This document shows, piece by piece, positions 27,524-36,871 of a stretch of DNA of 59,693 nucleotides. The notes below the pieces were generated by a model. It ran no database searches and was not told where the DNA came from. It was given only the letters and a program-made list of their open reading frames with translations. This stretch comes from an uncultured Candidatus Saccharibacteria bacterium (lineage in GTDB: Bacteria; Patescibacteriota; Saccharimonadia; Saccharimonadales; CAZMXN01), in assembly GCA_964570275.1 (NCBI GenBank), contig CAZMXN010000001.1, positions 9,745 through 69,437 on the forward strand. Reading direction: 5' to 3'. Position 1 is the stretch's first letter. Each line of letters opens with the position of its first letter. A program made the translations under genes and the position numbers.

Positions 27524-30500
27524 GTGAGCGCAAAACTCTCGGCGAAAGATTATGTGCATCTGCACAACCATACCCAGTACAGTCTGCTGGACGGCCTGAC
27601 CAAGCTGCCGGCGTTGATTGACCGTGTCAAGGAAACTGGCATGTCGGCCGTGGCGATGACCGACCACGGCACGCTGTCCGGCGCCGTCGAGTTTTACAAG
27701 CTGGCCAAGGCCGGCGACGTCAAGCCGATCATCGGCATGGAAGCCTACGTCGCGCCCAGGCGGCACACCGACAAGGACCCGGCCAAAGACAAGGTCTATT
27801 ATCACCTCACGCTGCTGGCCATGAACAACCAGGGCTATCAGAATCTGATGCGGCTGAGCACCATCGCCAACCTGGACGGCTTTTACTACAAGCCGCGCAT
27901 CGACCGCGAGCTGCTGGAAAAATACCACGACGGGCTGATTGTCTTAAGCGGCTGTATCGGCGGCGAGGTCGGCGACGCTTTGCGCCAGGATCAGTACGAT
28001 CAGGCCAAGGCCAGCGCCGAATGGTACAAGCAGGTCTTCGGTGATCGCTATTATCTGGAAGTCCAGGATCACGGCCATCCGGAGCACCCCAGCAAATGGG
28101 ACGAGCAAATCAAAGTCAATGACGGCCTGCTTAGATTAGCCGGCGAACTGGGCCTGCCGGCCGTGGTGACCTGTGACGCGCATTATCTCAACCATGAGGA
28201 TCAGGAGGCGCATGAGATTCTGCTGTGCGTTCAAACCGGCTCGTTTTTAAGCGACGAAAAGCGGATGAGCCTTAAGGAATTTGAGCTGCATGTTACCGAC
28301 CCGGCTGAAATCGTCGGGCGCTGGGGCAAAGATCACCCCGAACTTATCACGAACTCGAGAGCGATTGCCGAAGCTTGCAATGTCGAGCTGGACCTGGGCA
28401 AAATTCTGATTCCCAAGTTCCCGGTGCCCGAAGGTTCGACCGAAAAGTCGCATTTGCATGAGCTGGTTTACCGGGGTCTGGCCTGGCGTTACGGCGGAGA
28501 GAGCGAGGAGACGGCGGCCGGTTTGAGCGTGGCGGCAGCCAAAAAACTCCTGCCGCCGGAGATTGCCGACCGGGCCGAGTATGAGCTGGGCGTAATCGAC
28601 AACATGGGCTTTAACGGTTACTTTCTGATCATCGCGGACTTCATCGGCTGGGGCAAAGCTCAAGGCATTGTGTTCGGCCCGGGCCGCGGCAGCGCCGCCG
28701 GCTCAATCATCGCCTATTCGCTTAAAATTACCGAGATTGACCCGCTCAAGTATGATTTGCTGTTTGAGCGGTTTTTGAATCCCGACCGTATCTCCATGCC
28801 CGATATCGACATCGATATCCAGGATTCGCGCCGCGATGAAGTCATCCAGTACTGCGTTGATAAGTATGGGACCGACCGGGTGGCCAACATCGTGACCTTT
28901 GGCCGGATGGCCGCCCGGAATGCCGTACGCGACGTGGCGCGGGTGCTGCAGGTGCCCTACGCCGAGGCCGACCGGCTGGCCAAAATGATTCCGCCGCCGG
29001 TCCAGGGCCGGCATATTCCGCTGGCCAAGTCGCTAAAGGAAAACCCGGATCTGAAGCGGGAGCACCAGACCAATGAACAATCCGCCAGGGTCTTCGACCT
29101 GGCTGTGCGGCTGGAAGGCACCATCCGCAGCCACGGTGTCCATGCCGCCGGCGTGGTGATCGCGCCCGACGATATCGTTAAATTTGTTCCTCTCGAAATG
29201 GCCCAGAAAGGCGTTGTTTCGACCCAGTATTCAATGGGTCCGATTGAGGACCTCGGCCTGCTTAAAATGGATTTCCTGGGGCTGTCCAACCTGACCATCA
29301 TCAAGAATGCCCTGCGTATCGTCAAGAAGGTTTATGGCCATGATATCGACATCAACACCATGCCGCTGGATGATAAAAAGACCTACGAACTGCTGGCCCG
29401 CGGCGATACCACCGGGGTCTTCCAGCTGGAGTCGGCCGGCATGAAGCGCTACCTAAAAGAGCTCAAACCGAACGTTTTTGAAGATATCGTGGCCATGGTG
29501 GCTCTGTACCGGCCGGGTCCGATGCAGTTTATCGACGACTTCATTGCCCGCAAGCACGGCCGCAAAAAGATCGAATACCTGCACCCCAAGATGGAGAATG
29601 CCTTAAAAAGCACTTACGGCGTGCTGGTTTATCAGGAACAGTTCATGCAAATTTCCAAAGACCTGGCCGGGTTTACCGGCGGTCAGGCCGATACCCTGCG
29701 CAAGGCGGTCGGTAAGAAAATCATGGAAATGATGAAAAAGGTTAAGCCGGAGTTCATCGACGGCGCCGTCAAGCATTCCGGTGCCGACCGGGCGCTGATG
29801 GAAAAGTTCTGGAACCAGCTTGAAGAGTTCGCCAACTACTGCTTTAACAAGTCGCACGCCGCCTGCTATGCCCTGATTGCCTACTGGACGGCCTATCTCA
29901 AGGCTCATTACCCGTCGGCGTTTATGGCGGCGCTGATGACCAGCGACTTTGACGACACCGACCGGCTGGCGATTGAGATCACCGAGTGCAAACATATGGG
30001 CATTGAAGTTTTACCGCCGGATGTCAATGAGTCGTTCGTCGAGTTTGCGGTCGTGCCGGCCACCGGTCAAATCCGCTTCGGTATGAGCGCCATTAAAAAC
30101 GTCGGTACCGGCGCGGTGGAGGAGATCCTGCGGGCCCGGGAAATTGACGGCGCTTTTAGGGACATTGAAGATTTCTTAAGCAAGGTCAACACCCGGCTTG
30201 TCAACCGCAAAACCATGGAAAGCCTGATCAAGTCCGGCGCTTTCGACCGCTTCGGCGAACGCGGCAGTCTGCTAAATAATCTGGATGCCATGCTGGCGTT
30301 CGCGGCCCGCATCCATAAAGACAAGGCCAGCGGCCAGACCGACCTGTTCGGCAACGCGATTGAGGCGGCCGCCATTATCCAGCCGAAGTTAAGCCTCGAG
30401 GCCGGCGACTCGTCAGCTGTCCCGATGCGGGAGCAGCTGCAGTGGGAGCGGGAGCTGCTCGGTCTTTACCTGTCGCAGCATCCGCTGGAGCAGTACGAGA

Positions 30501-31150
30501 CCTTCCTGGCGGAAAAGACGGTGGCGCTCAACCAGCTAAAGCCGGAGATGGACGGCAAAAACGTAACCGTTGGCGGCTCGGTCAGCGACATGCGAGAAAT
30601 CAGCACCCGCAGCGGCCAGAAGATGGCTTTTGTCCGGCTGGCCGACAAAACCACCGAGCTGGAACTGATTGTTTTTCCGTCGGTCTACCAGCAGACCCTG
30701 GGCCTATGGGAGCGTGACAACGTCGTTTTGGTGCGCGGCAAAATAAACTGTAAAGACCGGGACGGTAACAATTCGCATGAGGTTAAAATCATGGTAGATG
30801 ACGCCCGGGAAATCACGCCGGAGCAGGCCGCGGCTTATCAGGCGACCGGCAAAAAAGTCAAAACCCCGACTGCCAGGAAAGCGGCCGCGGCGGCCGTGAC
30901 CGCCCCGCATGAGCTGAAAAAAACGCCGACCCGGCTGTATATCCGGATGTCTGACGCTTCCGAGCAGGACAAACTGATGTCGCTCAAGCAGGTGATAGAC
31001 GAGTTTCACGGCGACAGTGAGGTGGTGCTGGTAGTCGGTCCCGACGACAACAAGCAGATTATCAAACTGCCGATGAAGGTATCCTTAAACGAAGAAGTAG
31101 TCGGCCGGCTGAAGGACTATTTGGGTGAGGCGGCGGTTAAGGTCGGTTAA
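27524..31150 (+). CDS. dnaE: DNA polymerase III subunit alpha
   Basis: PHP domain start YVHLHNHTQYSLLDG, polymerase core (GPGRGSAAGS, PDIDIDI), OB-fold C-terminus. 1208 aa, GTG start with an AAGGTAGGA SD. Confidence 0.95.
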   Translation: MSAKLSAKDYVHLHNHTQYSLLDGLTKLPALIDRVKETGMSAVAMTDHGTLSGAVEFYKLAKAGDVKPIIGMEAYVAPRRHTDKDPAKDKVYYHLTLLAMNNQGYQNLMRLSTIANLDGFYYKPRIDRELLEKYHDGLIVLSGCIGGEVGDALRQDQYDQAKASAEWYKQVFGDRYYLEVQDHGHPEHPSKWDEQIKVNDGLLRLAGELGLPAVVTCDAHYLNHEDQEAHEILLCVQTGSFLSDEKRMSLKEFELHVTDPAEIVGRWGKDHPELITNSRAIAEACNVELDLGKILIPKFPVPEGSTEKSHLHELVYRGLAWRYGGESEETAAGLSVAAAKKLLPPEIADRAEYELGVIDNMGFNGYFLIIADFIGWGKAQGIVFGPGRGSAAGSIIAYSLKITEIDPLKYDLLFERFLNPDRISMPDIDIDIQDSRRDEVIQYCVDKYGTDRVANIVTFGRMAARNAVRDVARVLQVPYAEADRLAKMIPPPVQGRHIPLAKSLKENPDLKREHQTNEQSARVFDLAVRLEGTIRSHGVHAAGVVIAPDDIVKFVPLEMAQKGVVSTQYSMGPIEDLGLLKMDFLGLSNLTIIKNALRIVKKVYGHDIDINTMPLDDKKTYELLARGDTTGVFQLESAGMKRYLKELKPNVFEDIVAMVALYRPGPMQFIDDFIARKHGRKKIEYLHPKMENALKSTYGVLVYQEQFMQISKDLAGFTGGQADTLRKAVGKKIMEMMKKVKPEFIDGAVKHSGADRALMEKFWNQLEEFANYCFNKSHAACYALIAYWTAYLKAHYPSAFMAALMTSDFDDTDRLAIEITECKHMGIEVLPPDVNESFVEFAVVPATGQIRFGMSAIKNVGTGAVEEILRAREIDGAFRDIEDFLSKVNTRLVNRKTMESLIKSGAFDRFGERGSLLNNLDAMLAFAARIHKDKASGQTDLFGNAIEAAAIIQPKLSLEAGDSSAVPMREQLQWERELLGLYLSQHPLEQYETFLAEKTVALNQLKPEMDGKNVTVGGSVSDMREISTRSGQKMAFVRLADKTTELELIVFPSVYQQTLGLWERDNVVLVRGKINCKDRDGNNSHEVKIMVDDAREITPEQAAAYQATGKKVKTPTARKAAAAAVTAPHELKKTPTRLYIRMSDASEQDKLMSLKQVIDEFHGDSEVVLVVGPDDNKQIIKLPMKVSLNEEVVGRLKDYLGEAAVKVG

Positions 31151-31178
31151 AGCCGCTTGGCCGGGGGCACGCTCTTAA

Positions 31179-32156
31179 CTAGCGGATTACGCCGGCGGTT
31201 TGTGACAGCAGCAGGCCGATGACAACGAAGCTGATCAGCAGGATATCGAACAGGGGATGATTCATCAGGAAGCGCTCGCTTTTAATGAAGCCCCGCTTAA
31301 TTGCCAGGCTATGGCGCAGAATCAGATAGACCAGCAAGCCGCCCACCAGCAGGCCGACGGCGAAGCCGCTCCAGGGCGCGTTGCCGTCGGTCAGGGCTTG
31401 CACGGCGGCAATCCGTTGCGGCGAGGACTGCTGAGTGACGACGGCCGTGGAGGTTTCACTGCGATCGACCTGGATAGCTTCAGCCTGTTCGGCCGGCGCG
31501 GTTTCTTCCGCGGCTTCGGCCGGAGCCGGGTTTCGGTTGGCGGCCGATTCGGCGGCCGGCTCCGGCGCGGTGGCCGGCGTCGTGGCGGCAGCCACGCCGT
31601 ACATGGCCACGACTACTGTTTGCGGACCGCTGTCCTGATAATTTTCGGAATTAGCGAAGCCGAAGCCGACTTCTTTATAAGCCCCGTCCAGCAGATTATC
31701 GCGGTGGGTGGCGCTGTTCATCCAGCCGGCAATCGTGGCGTCGCTGTTGGCAAAGCCGTAAGCCAGATTCTCACCGGCCTTTTGATAGTTATAACCGGCC
31801 TGCTCGATAAAAATCCAGGGCTGATTGCCGTCCGGCGTGACATGAGACCAGTAATCGCGGGCCACCATGTCCTCGGCCTTGGCCTGGGCGGCCTGCGACA
31901 GCTGTTGATTGAGGCTGAGCGCGGCCTGGCCATGCCGGCTTCTTTCGGCGTTCGTGGCCGTCAGCAGCCCCTGATGCGTGGTATTGGTGGCGTAGCCCAA
32001 AACACCCGTGGCATGCATGATAAGTCCGCGGCCGCCGATGACGATAACGGTCAGCAGGCTGATCAGGGTCGGCAAATACGGCCAGTAAACTTTAAGATAG
32101 TGTTTGGCCGGCTTTTTTGATGTGTAGTGTCGGCGGGGTGATTTTTTGACAGGCAT
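31179..32156 (-). CDS. CAP/SCP (PR-1-like, YkwD-type) domain protein with N- and C-terminal TM segments
   Basis: CAP-domain sequence NAERSRHGQAAL...WSHVTPDGNQPW...GENLAYGF...GWMNSATHRDNLL...VGFG. Ala/Pro/Glu-rich linker and two C-terminal hydrophobic helices. Confidence 0.75.
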   Translation of the reverse strand: MPVKKSPRRHYTSKKPAKHYLKVYWPYLPTLISLLTVIVIGGRGLIMHATGVLGYATNTTHQGLLTATNAERSRHGQAALSLNQQLSQAAQAKAEDMVARDYWSHVTPDGNQPWIFIEQAGYNYQKAGENLAYGFANSDATIAGWMNSATHRDNLLDGAYKEVGFGFANSENYQDSGPQTVVVAMYGVAAATTPATAPEPAAESAANRNPAPAEAAEETAPAEQAEAIQVDRSETSTAVVTQQSSPQRIAAVQALTDGNAPWSGFAVGLLVGGLLVYLILRHSLAIKRGFIKSERFLMNHPLFDILLISFVVIGLLLSQTAGVIR

Positions 32157-32284
32157 TTAAGATAAGTGTCGCATTATGCAACCATAAGCGCAAGTCCGGG
32201 CCAAACGACCAGAGGGCGCTCCTCTGTAAAGGCGGGCGCCCCCGGCGTGCTGTCAGACTCTATGGTCGCTTGTACTTTTTTGGT

Positions 32285-32929
32285 TTAGTTTTTGGTGTTG
32301 GTGGCGCGGCCGCCGAAGAGGTAGTACAGGATGCCGAGCGTCGCAGCGCCGACTACCCACCAGTACCACTGGGTTGACTCGTTTTCGTCATCAGCCGCTT
32401 GCTCGTCCTGGTCTTCGCCGTCAGCGGCTTCTTCGCCGTCCTGGTTGTCGGCTGGTTGCTGATCGTCCTGATCGGCTTGCTCATCGACATTAGTGCCCGA
32501 GGTGTCCTGGACGTTGGTCGGCTGAATGTGGCTGACGTCAAAATTGACGTTGGTGGTGTAGCGCTCCCAGTTGGCCACTTGCGCCGCCGTCAGGTTGGCG
32601 CTGTTTTTTACGTATTCGTCAAGCAAGGCAAACGGCACGCTGACTTCCTGGCCGACTTCCAGCTGTGTGCTGCCAAGCCGCTGGGTGACATTAGTCTCGG
32701 CGTAAACCGTGGCCGGCTCGGAAAGTTCGGTGTCGGCTTCCCGCTGGGCGTACAGCTGCAATGAGCGCCGGACCATTTTGGTCAGCGAATCACCGCGTTC
32801 GGCGGTGAACTCATAGCTGCCGGCCGGTGTTTCGGCCGTATCTTCCTGAGCCGATACCGGGGCGGCGTTTAGGTTGGTGATTACTAGACAGCCGGCAAGT
32901 AAAGCGAGACTGGCAAGAAACTTTTTCAC
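32285..32929 (-). CDS. Secreted/anchored acidic protein (hypothetical)
   Basis: Signal peptide with a possible lipobox LLAGC, an extremely acidic D/E/Q stretch, and a C-terminal TM helix (WYWWVVGAATLGILYYLFGG) plus a basic tail. GTG start with a GGAGGG SD. Confidence 0.55.
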   Translation of the reverse strand: MKKFLASLALLAGCLVITNLNAAPVSAQEDTAETPAGSYEFTAERGDSLTKMVRRSLQLYAQREADTELSEPATVYAETNVTQRLGSTQLEVGQEVSVPFALLDEYVKNSANLTAAQVANWERYTTNVNFDVSHIQPTNVQDTSGTNVDEQADQDDQQPADNQDGEEAADGEDQDEQAADDENESTQWYWWVVGAATLGILYYLFGGRATNTKN

Positions 32930-32980
32930 GTTTTGACCCTCCGTTAAGCGAGCCCCACCAACTCTTTCTTTTAATGATTG

Positions 32981-33499
32981 TTATTGTAACTGCTTTTCGT
33001 CGTTTTTTGCAAACCGGTTGTGGAATAGTGCCATGGCCGCCGCCTGAACGACATTAAACGACTCCTTTTGACCGATCATGGGTATCTCCAAAACGACATC
33101 GGTCCGGCTTAGCACCGACGCCTCCAGGCCCTCGACTTCACGCCCCACAATCAGGGCCAGCTTGCCGGGCGGCCGGAAATCCGGCAAGGCGCTTGAGGCT
33201 TTGGCCTGCTCCAGCGCGGCAATGACGTAGCCGTCGGAGCGGAGTTCTTCGATCACCGGTTCGATCGCCGGCCAGTGCCGCCAGGCCACCATCGTTTCGG
33301 CGCCCAGGGCGGTTTTATGAATCTGACGGTCGATTTTGCGGGCCAGGTGCGGCAGGCGCTCATCGTTTGCCGCGGCCGGATACGGGGTATAGCCGGTCAG
33401 GTGAACTTCCATAACGCCCAGACCCTCGGCGGTTCTGAGCAGTGAGCCGACGTTATGACAGCTGCGGATGTTGTGGGCGATAAGAACTATTTGGCGCAT
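32981..33499 (-). CDS. TrmH/SpoU-family RNA 2'-O-methyltransferase
   Basis: IVLIAHNIRSCHNVGSLLRTAEGLG and LIVGREVEGL...IPMIGQKESFNVVQAAAMALF (SPOUT motifs). Start placed at ATG 33499 (track ORF extends to 33544). Confidence 0.8.
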   Translation of the reverse strand: MRQIVLIAHNIRSCHNVGSLLRTAEGLGVMEVHLTGYTPYPAAANDERLPHLARKIDRQIHKTALGAETMVAWRHWPAIEPVIEELRSDGYVIAALEQAKASSALPDFRPPGKLALIVGREVEGLEASVLSRTDVVLEIPMIGQKESFNVVQAAAMALFHNRFAKNDEKQLQ

Positions 33500-33588
33500 G
33501 CTTTGGTTTAGTTTAAGCGGCTCAAGGGACATAAGTCCAGGCAAGTCAAGTCTATACTCGGGCGGTCCGCTTATGGTTAAATAGTCGC

Positions 33589-35190
33589 ATGAGTCAGGAC
33601 GCGCGCCGCGATGAGGAGCTGGCTACCCAGCGCCGTGCCCGCATTTTAGGCATACAGTATATCGACACGTCGACAATCGCCGACAAGCCTTTGTATAAAG
33701 AATTGCTGGCAGTGGATGAGCTGAAACAGCTCAGAGTCGTGCCGATTTACGCCGATGAGCACGCCATTACGTTTGGCGTGACCAATATGACTTCGCAACA
33801 GACAATGGCCGGCTTAAGACAGCGGTTTCTGGATCAGCGCCTGGGCTTCGGGCTGATTTCGGACGCCGGCTTCCGGGAGTACATGGAACTGTATGATCCG
33901 CCGAAGACCATCGTCTACCAGGACGTGCGCGTCGGCGACAGCGATGACGCCAATTTGTTCGCGACCGTGTCGGCTACGCTGGCCGAGGTGTTAGCCGATG
34001 ACATATTGGCCTACCTGGTTAAACAGTGCTATCAGCTTAACGGCTCGGACATTCACCTGGAGTGCCAAAAAGAAGCCGTCCGGATCCGCTTCCGGGTCGA
34101 TGGTGTGCTGCATCCGATTGCCGAATTGTCGCATGACAAATACCGGCAGGTGATTTCGACGATTGCCATTGCCGCCAACGTTTCAACCGGCTCGCCGGAG
34201 CCTCAGACCGGCCATATCAATAAGACTTACCGGCTGGCGACCGGCGAAGAAGTCAACGTCAATTTGCGGGTCGAAACCGTGCCGACGGTCTTTGGTCTGG
34301 ACGTGGTTATGCGGCTGTTTAATCTGCAGCTGGAGTATCTTAACCTGGACAAATTGGGCTTGTCGGCGGCTGAGCGCGACGTGGTCGATGACATTATCAG
34401 GCACCCGACCGGCATGGTGCTGGTGGTCGGACCGACCGGTTCCGGCAAGACCACCACGCTGTATTCACTGATCAATACCTTAAATACGCCGGAGCGCAAA
34501 ATCATCACCCTGGAAGACCCGGTTGAGTATTTTATGAAGGGCGTGGTGCAGATTCCGGTCGAGGGTGACCGTAACGAAGCCGGTTTTGCCGAAAAGCTGC
34601 GGGCGGTGCTTAGGCTTGACCCGGACGTGGTTATGATAGGTGAGATCCGCGACCAGGATACGGCCCGGACGGCGCTGCAGGCGGCCCTGACCGGCCACCT
34701 GGTCCTGAGCACTTTCCACGCCGCTTCGGCTGCCGCGGCTCTGACCCGCATGCTCGACGCCATCGGCATTAATCCGCTGTTTGCCTCGGCCATTCACCTG
34801 GTCATGGCCCAGCGGCTGGTGCGGCGCCTGGACGATAACACCAAACAGCCTTATCAGCCGGATGAAGCGCTTAAAGCTCAGCTGCAAACGGTGCTCGACA
34901 GCCTGCCGCCCGGGCTGGAGCGGCCCGACCTCAGCAACGTTACTCTCTATGCGGCCGGCAGTTCGCCGGAGAATCCGTTCGGCTACTCCGGTCAGCTGGC
35001 ATTGCGCGAACAGCTGCAGATGACACCGGGCGTTCAGCAGATCCTGCGGTTGCCGCCGGCGCAAGTGACCACCAAAGCGCTGGAGGACGCGGCTGTCAAA
35101 GAGGGTATGGTAACCATGCTGCAGGACGGTGTTTTAAAAGCCATCCAAGGTATCACCACGCTGGAAGAGGTTTACCGCGTTGTCGGCTAG
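33589..35190 (+). CDS. Type II/IV secretion system ATPase (GspE/PilB family)
   Basis: N-terminal T2SSE_N-type domain, Walker A GPTGSGKTT, Asp box/Walker B VMIGEIRD, His box LVLSTFHA. Confidence 0.9.
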   Translation: MSQDARRDEELATQRRARILGIQYIDTSTIADKPLYKELLAVDELKQLRVVPIYADEHAITFGVTNMTSQQTMAGLRQRFLDQRLGFGLISDAGFREYMELYDPPKTIVYQDVRVGDSDDANLFATVSATLAEVLADDILAYLVKQCYQLNGSDIHLECQKEAVRIRFRVDGVLHPIAELSHDKYRQVISTIAIAANVSTGSPEPQTGHINKTYRLATGEEVNVNLRVETVPTVFGLDVVMRLFNLQLEYLNLDKLGLSAAERDVVDDIIRHPTGMVLVVGPTGSGKTTTLYSLINTLNTPERKIITLEDPVEYFMKGVVQIPVEGDRNEAGFAEKLRAVLRLDPDVVMIGEIRDQDTARTALQAALTGHLVLSTFHAASAAAALTRMLDAIGINPLFASAIHLVMAQRLVRRLDDNTKQPYQPDEALKAQLQTVLDSLPPGLERPDLSNVTLYAAGSSPENPFGYSGQLALREQLQMTPGVQQILRLPPAQVTTKALEDAAVKEGMVTMLQDGVLKAIQGITTLEEVYRVVG

Positions 35191-35191
35191 C

Positions 35192-35219
35192 TTGCAATTA
35201 TGAAACTAAATTGTATAAT
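35192..35219 (+). promoter_or_regulatory. Predicted promoter of the WhiB-like gene (leaderless-type spacing)
   Basis: TTGCAA (35192-35197), 16 nt, TATAAT (35214-35219). ATG at 35229, no SD. Confidence 0.55.
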
Positions 35220-35228
35220 ACCAGATCA

Positions 35229-35651
35229 ATGGGCGAGCTAATTGATTTCAATCAACGAATCGCTGAACGTAACAGGCAACAAGCTATGGTAGAAAGAGCG
35301 CGTCGACTAACTCCGCCGCCGGCACCCGCCATGGGCATGGATCGGGTGGCCGGTGAGCTCGGCGTTGAGGTGCCGGATTGGCGCCAGGAAAGCAAATGCT
35401 TGGGAGAAGATTCCGAGATGTTTTTCCCGGAAGGCAGCAGCGTCAGCGCCCGGCGGCAATCGGAAGCCGCCAAGGCCATTTGTCAGCTTTGCCCGGTAGC
35501 AGAGCAGTGTCTGGATTGGGCGCTTGAGACCTCGGCCGGCAGCGACCAGCCGTTAGACGGTATTTTCGGCGGCTTAGACAGAGCCGAGCGTGCTAATTTA
35601 CAAAGAGCACTGGCGCGCAAGCGGTTCCGCAAGCTTAACGGATTACTTTAG
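35229..35651 (+). CDS. WhiB-like (Wbl) iron-sulfur transcription factor
   Basis: Four-Cys pattern C-x27-C-x2-C-x5-C (KCLG...ICQLCPVAEQC), GIFGG turn (G[VI]WGG-like), basic C-terminal tail RALARKRFRKL. Start set at ATG 35229, 9 nt after a TATAAT box. Confidence 0.8.
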   Translation: MGELIDFNQRIAERNRQQAMVERARRLTPPPAPAMGMDRVAGELGVEVPDWRQESKCLGEDSEMFFPEGSSVSARRQSEAAKAICQLCPVAEQCLDWALETSAGSDQPLDGIFGGLDRAERANLQRALARKRFRKLNGLL

Positions 35652-36768
35652 CGATAGCCGGCACCAGGCGCTCGTCGCTGACGGGCGGAATGATGCAATC
35701 CGGCGAAGGCTTATCGACCAGGCCGGCGATGGCTTCAGCGGCTTTGACCTTGTGATCATCGGTAATATCGCGCACCCGGTTGTCCAGCGCTCCCCGGAAA
35801 ATACCCGGGAAAGCCACGGCGTTATTCACCTGGTTGGGAAAATCGCTGCGCCCGGTGGCGACGACAGCGGCGCCGGCGGCTTTGGCGGCAGCCGGCAGGA
35901 TCTCCGGGTCCGGGTTGGCCATGGCAAAGATAATCGGCTCCGGCTTCATGGACTTTACCATGTCGGCGCTTAGCAGATCCGGCTTTGACACGCCGATGAA
36001 TATGTCGGCTTCTTTAATAGCGTCCTGCAGCGTCCCGTCCAGGCCGGCCGGATTGGTCAGCTCCAGCAGGCTTTTCTTCTCGTCATTCAGATCGGTCCGC
36101 TTTGGTCCGATAATGCCCTTGCTGTCAATGGCCAGAATTTCAGGACTGCCGTAAGTTTTAAGCAGCCGCATGATGGCCGTCCCGGCGGCGCCGGCGCCCA
36201 CACAGACTATCCGGCAGTCGTTCAAGTTGCGGCCGGTAAGCTTCAGGGCATTAATCAAGCCGGCCAGGACGACGACGGCGGTGCCGTGCTGGTCGTCATG
36301 AAATACCGGAATCGGCAATTCACTTTTCAGCCGCTTCTCGATTTCAAAGCACTGCGGCGCGGCGATGTCCTCGAGGTTAATGCCGCCAAAGCCGGGCGCT
36401 ATGGCCTTAACCGCCGAGACAATCTCTTCAACTGAATGCACATCGAGCACGATTGGCACGGCGTCAACATCGGCAAAGTGCTTGAACAACATGGCCTTGC
36501 CTTCCATGACCGGCAAAGCTCCGAGCGGTCCGATATCGCCCAGACCCAAAACCGCCGAACCGTCGCTGATGACGGCCACGCAGTTGTTCAGCCAGGTGTA
36601 GTCGCGGGCCTCGTCAGGGTGGTCGGCGACATGCCGGCTGACGGCGGCCACGCCCGGCGTGTAGTAAGTGCTGAGCTTGTCGCGCGAGTCCAGCGTGTCC
36701 TTTAGGGCCAGGCTGATCTTGCCTTTAAGTTCTTGGTGCTTTGTAAGAGCCAGTTGTTTGTAGTCCAT
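35635..36768 (-). CDS. NAD(P)-dependent malic enzyme (short, prokaryotic type)
   Basis: LSTYYTPGVA, VISDGSAVLGLGDIGPLGALPVMEGKAMLFK, FGGINLEDI, VCVGAGAAG. 377 aa. Confidence 0.9.
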   Translation of the reverse strand: MDYKQLALTKHQELKGKISLALKDTLDSRDKLSTYYTPGVAAVSRHVADHPDEARDYTWLNNCVAVISDGSAVLGLGDIGPLGALPVMEGKAMLFKHFADVDAVPIVLDVHSVEEIVSAVKAIAPGFGGINLEDIAAPQCFEIEKRLKSELPIPVFHDDQHGTAVVVLAGLINALKLTGRNLNDCRIVCVGAGAAGTAIMRLLKTYGSPEILAIDSKGIIGPKRTDLNDEKKSLLELTNPAGLDGTLQDAIKEADIFIGVSKPDLLSADMVKSMKPEPIIFAMANPDPEILPAAAKAAGAAVVATGRSDFPNQVNNAVAFPGIFRGALDNRVRDITDDHKVKAAEAIAGLVDKPSPDCIIPPVSDERLVPAIAKVIR

Positions 36769-36871
36769 CAGTCTATTGTACCGCCTTTACCCGCAGATCG
36801 GGGATTTCATTTACACAACAGATATGGTATTATTGACGAAAGCAGCAAATATAGTGTAAGGTTATTTGGTT

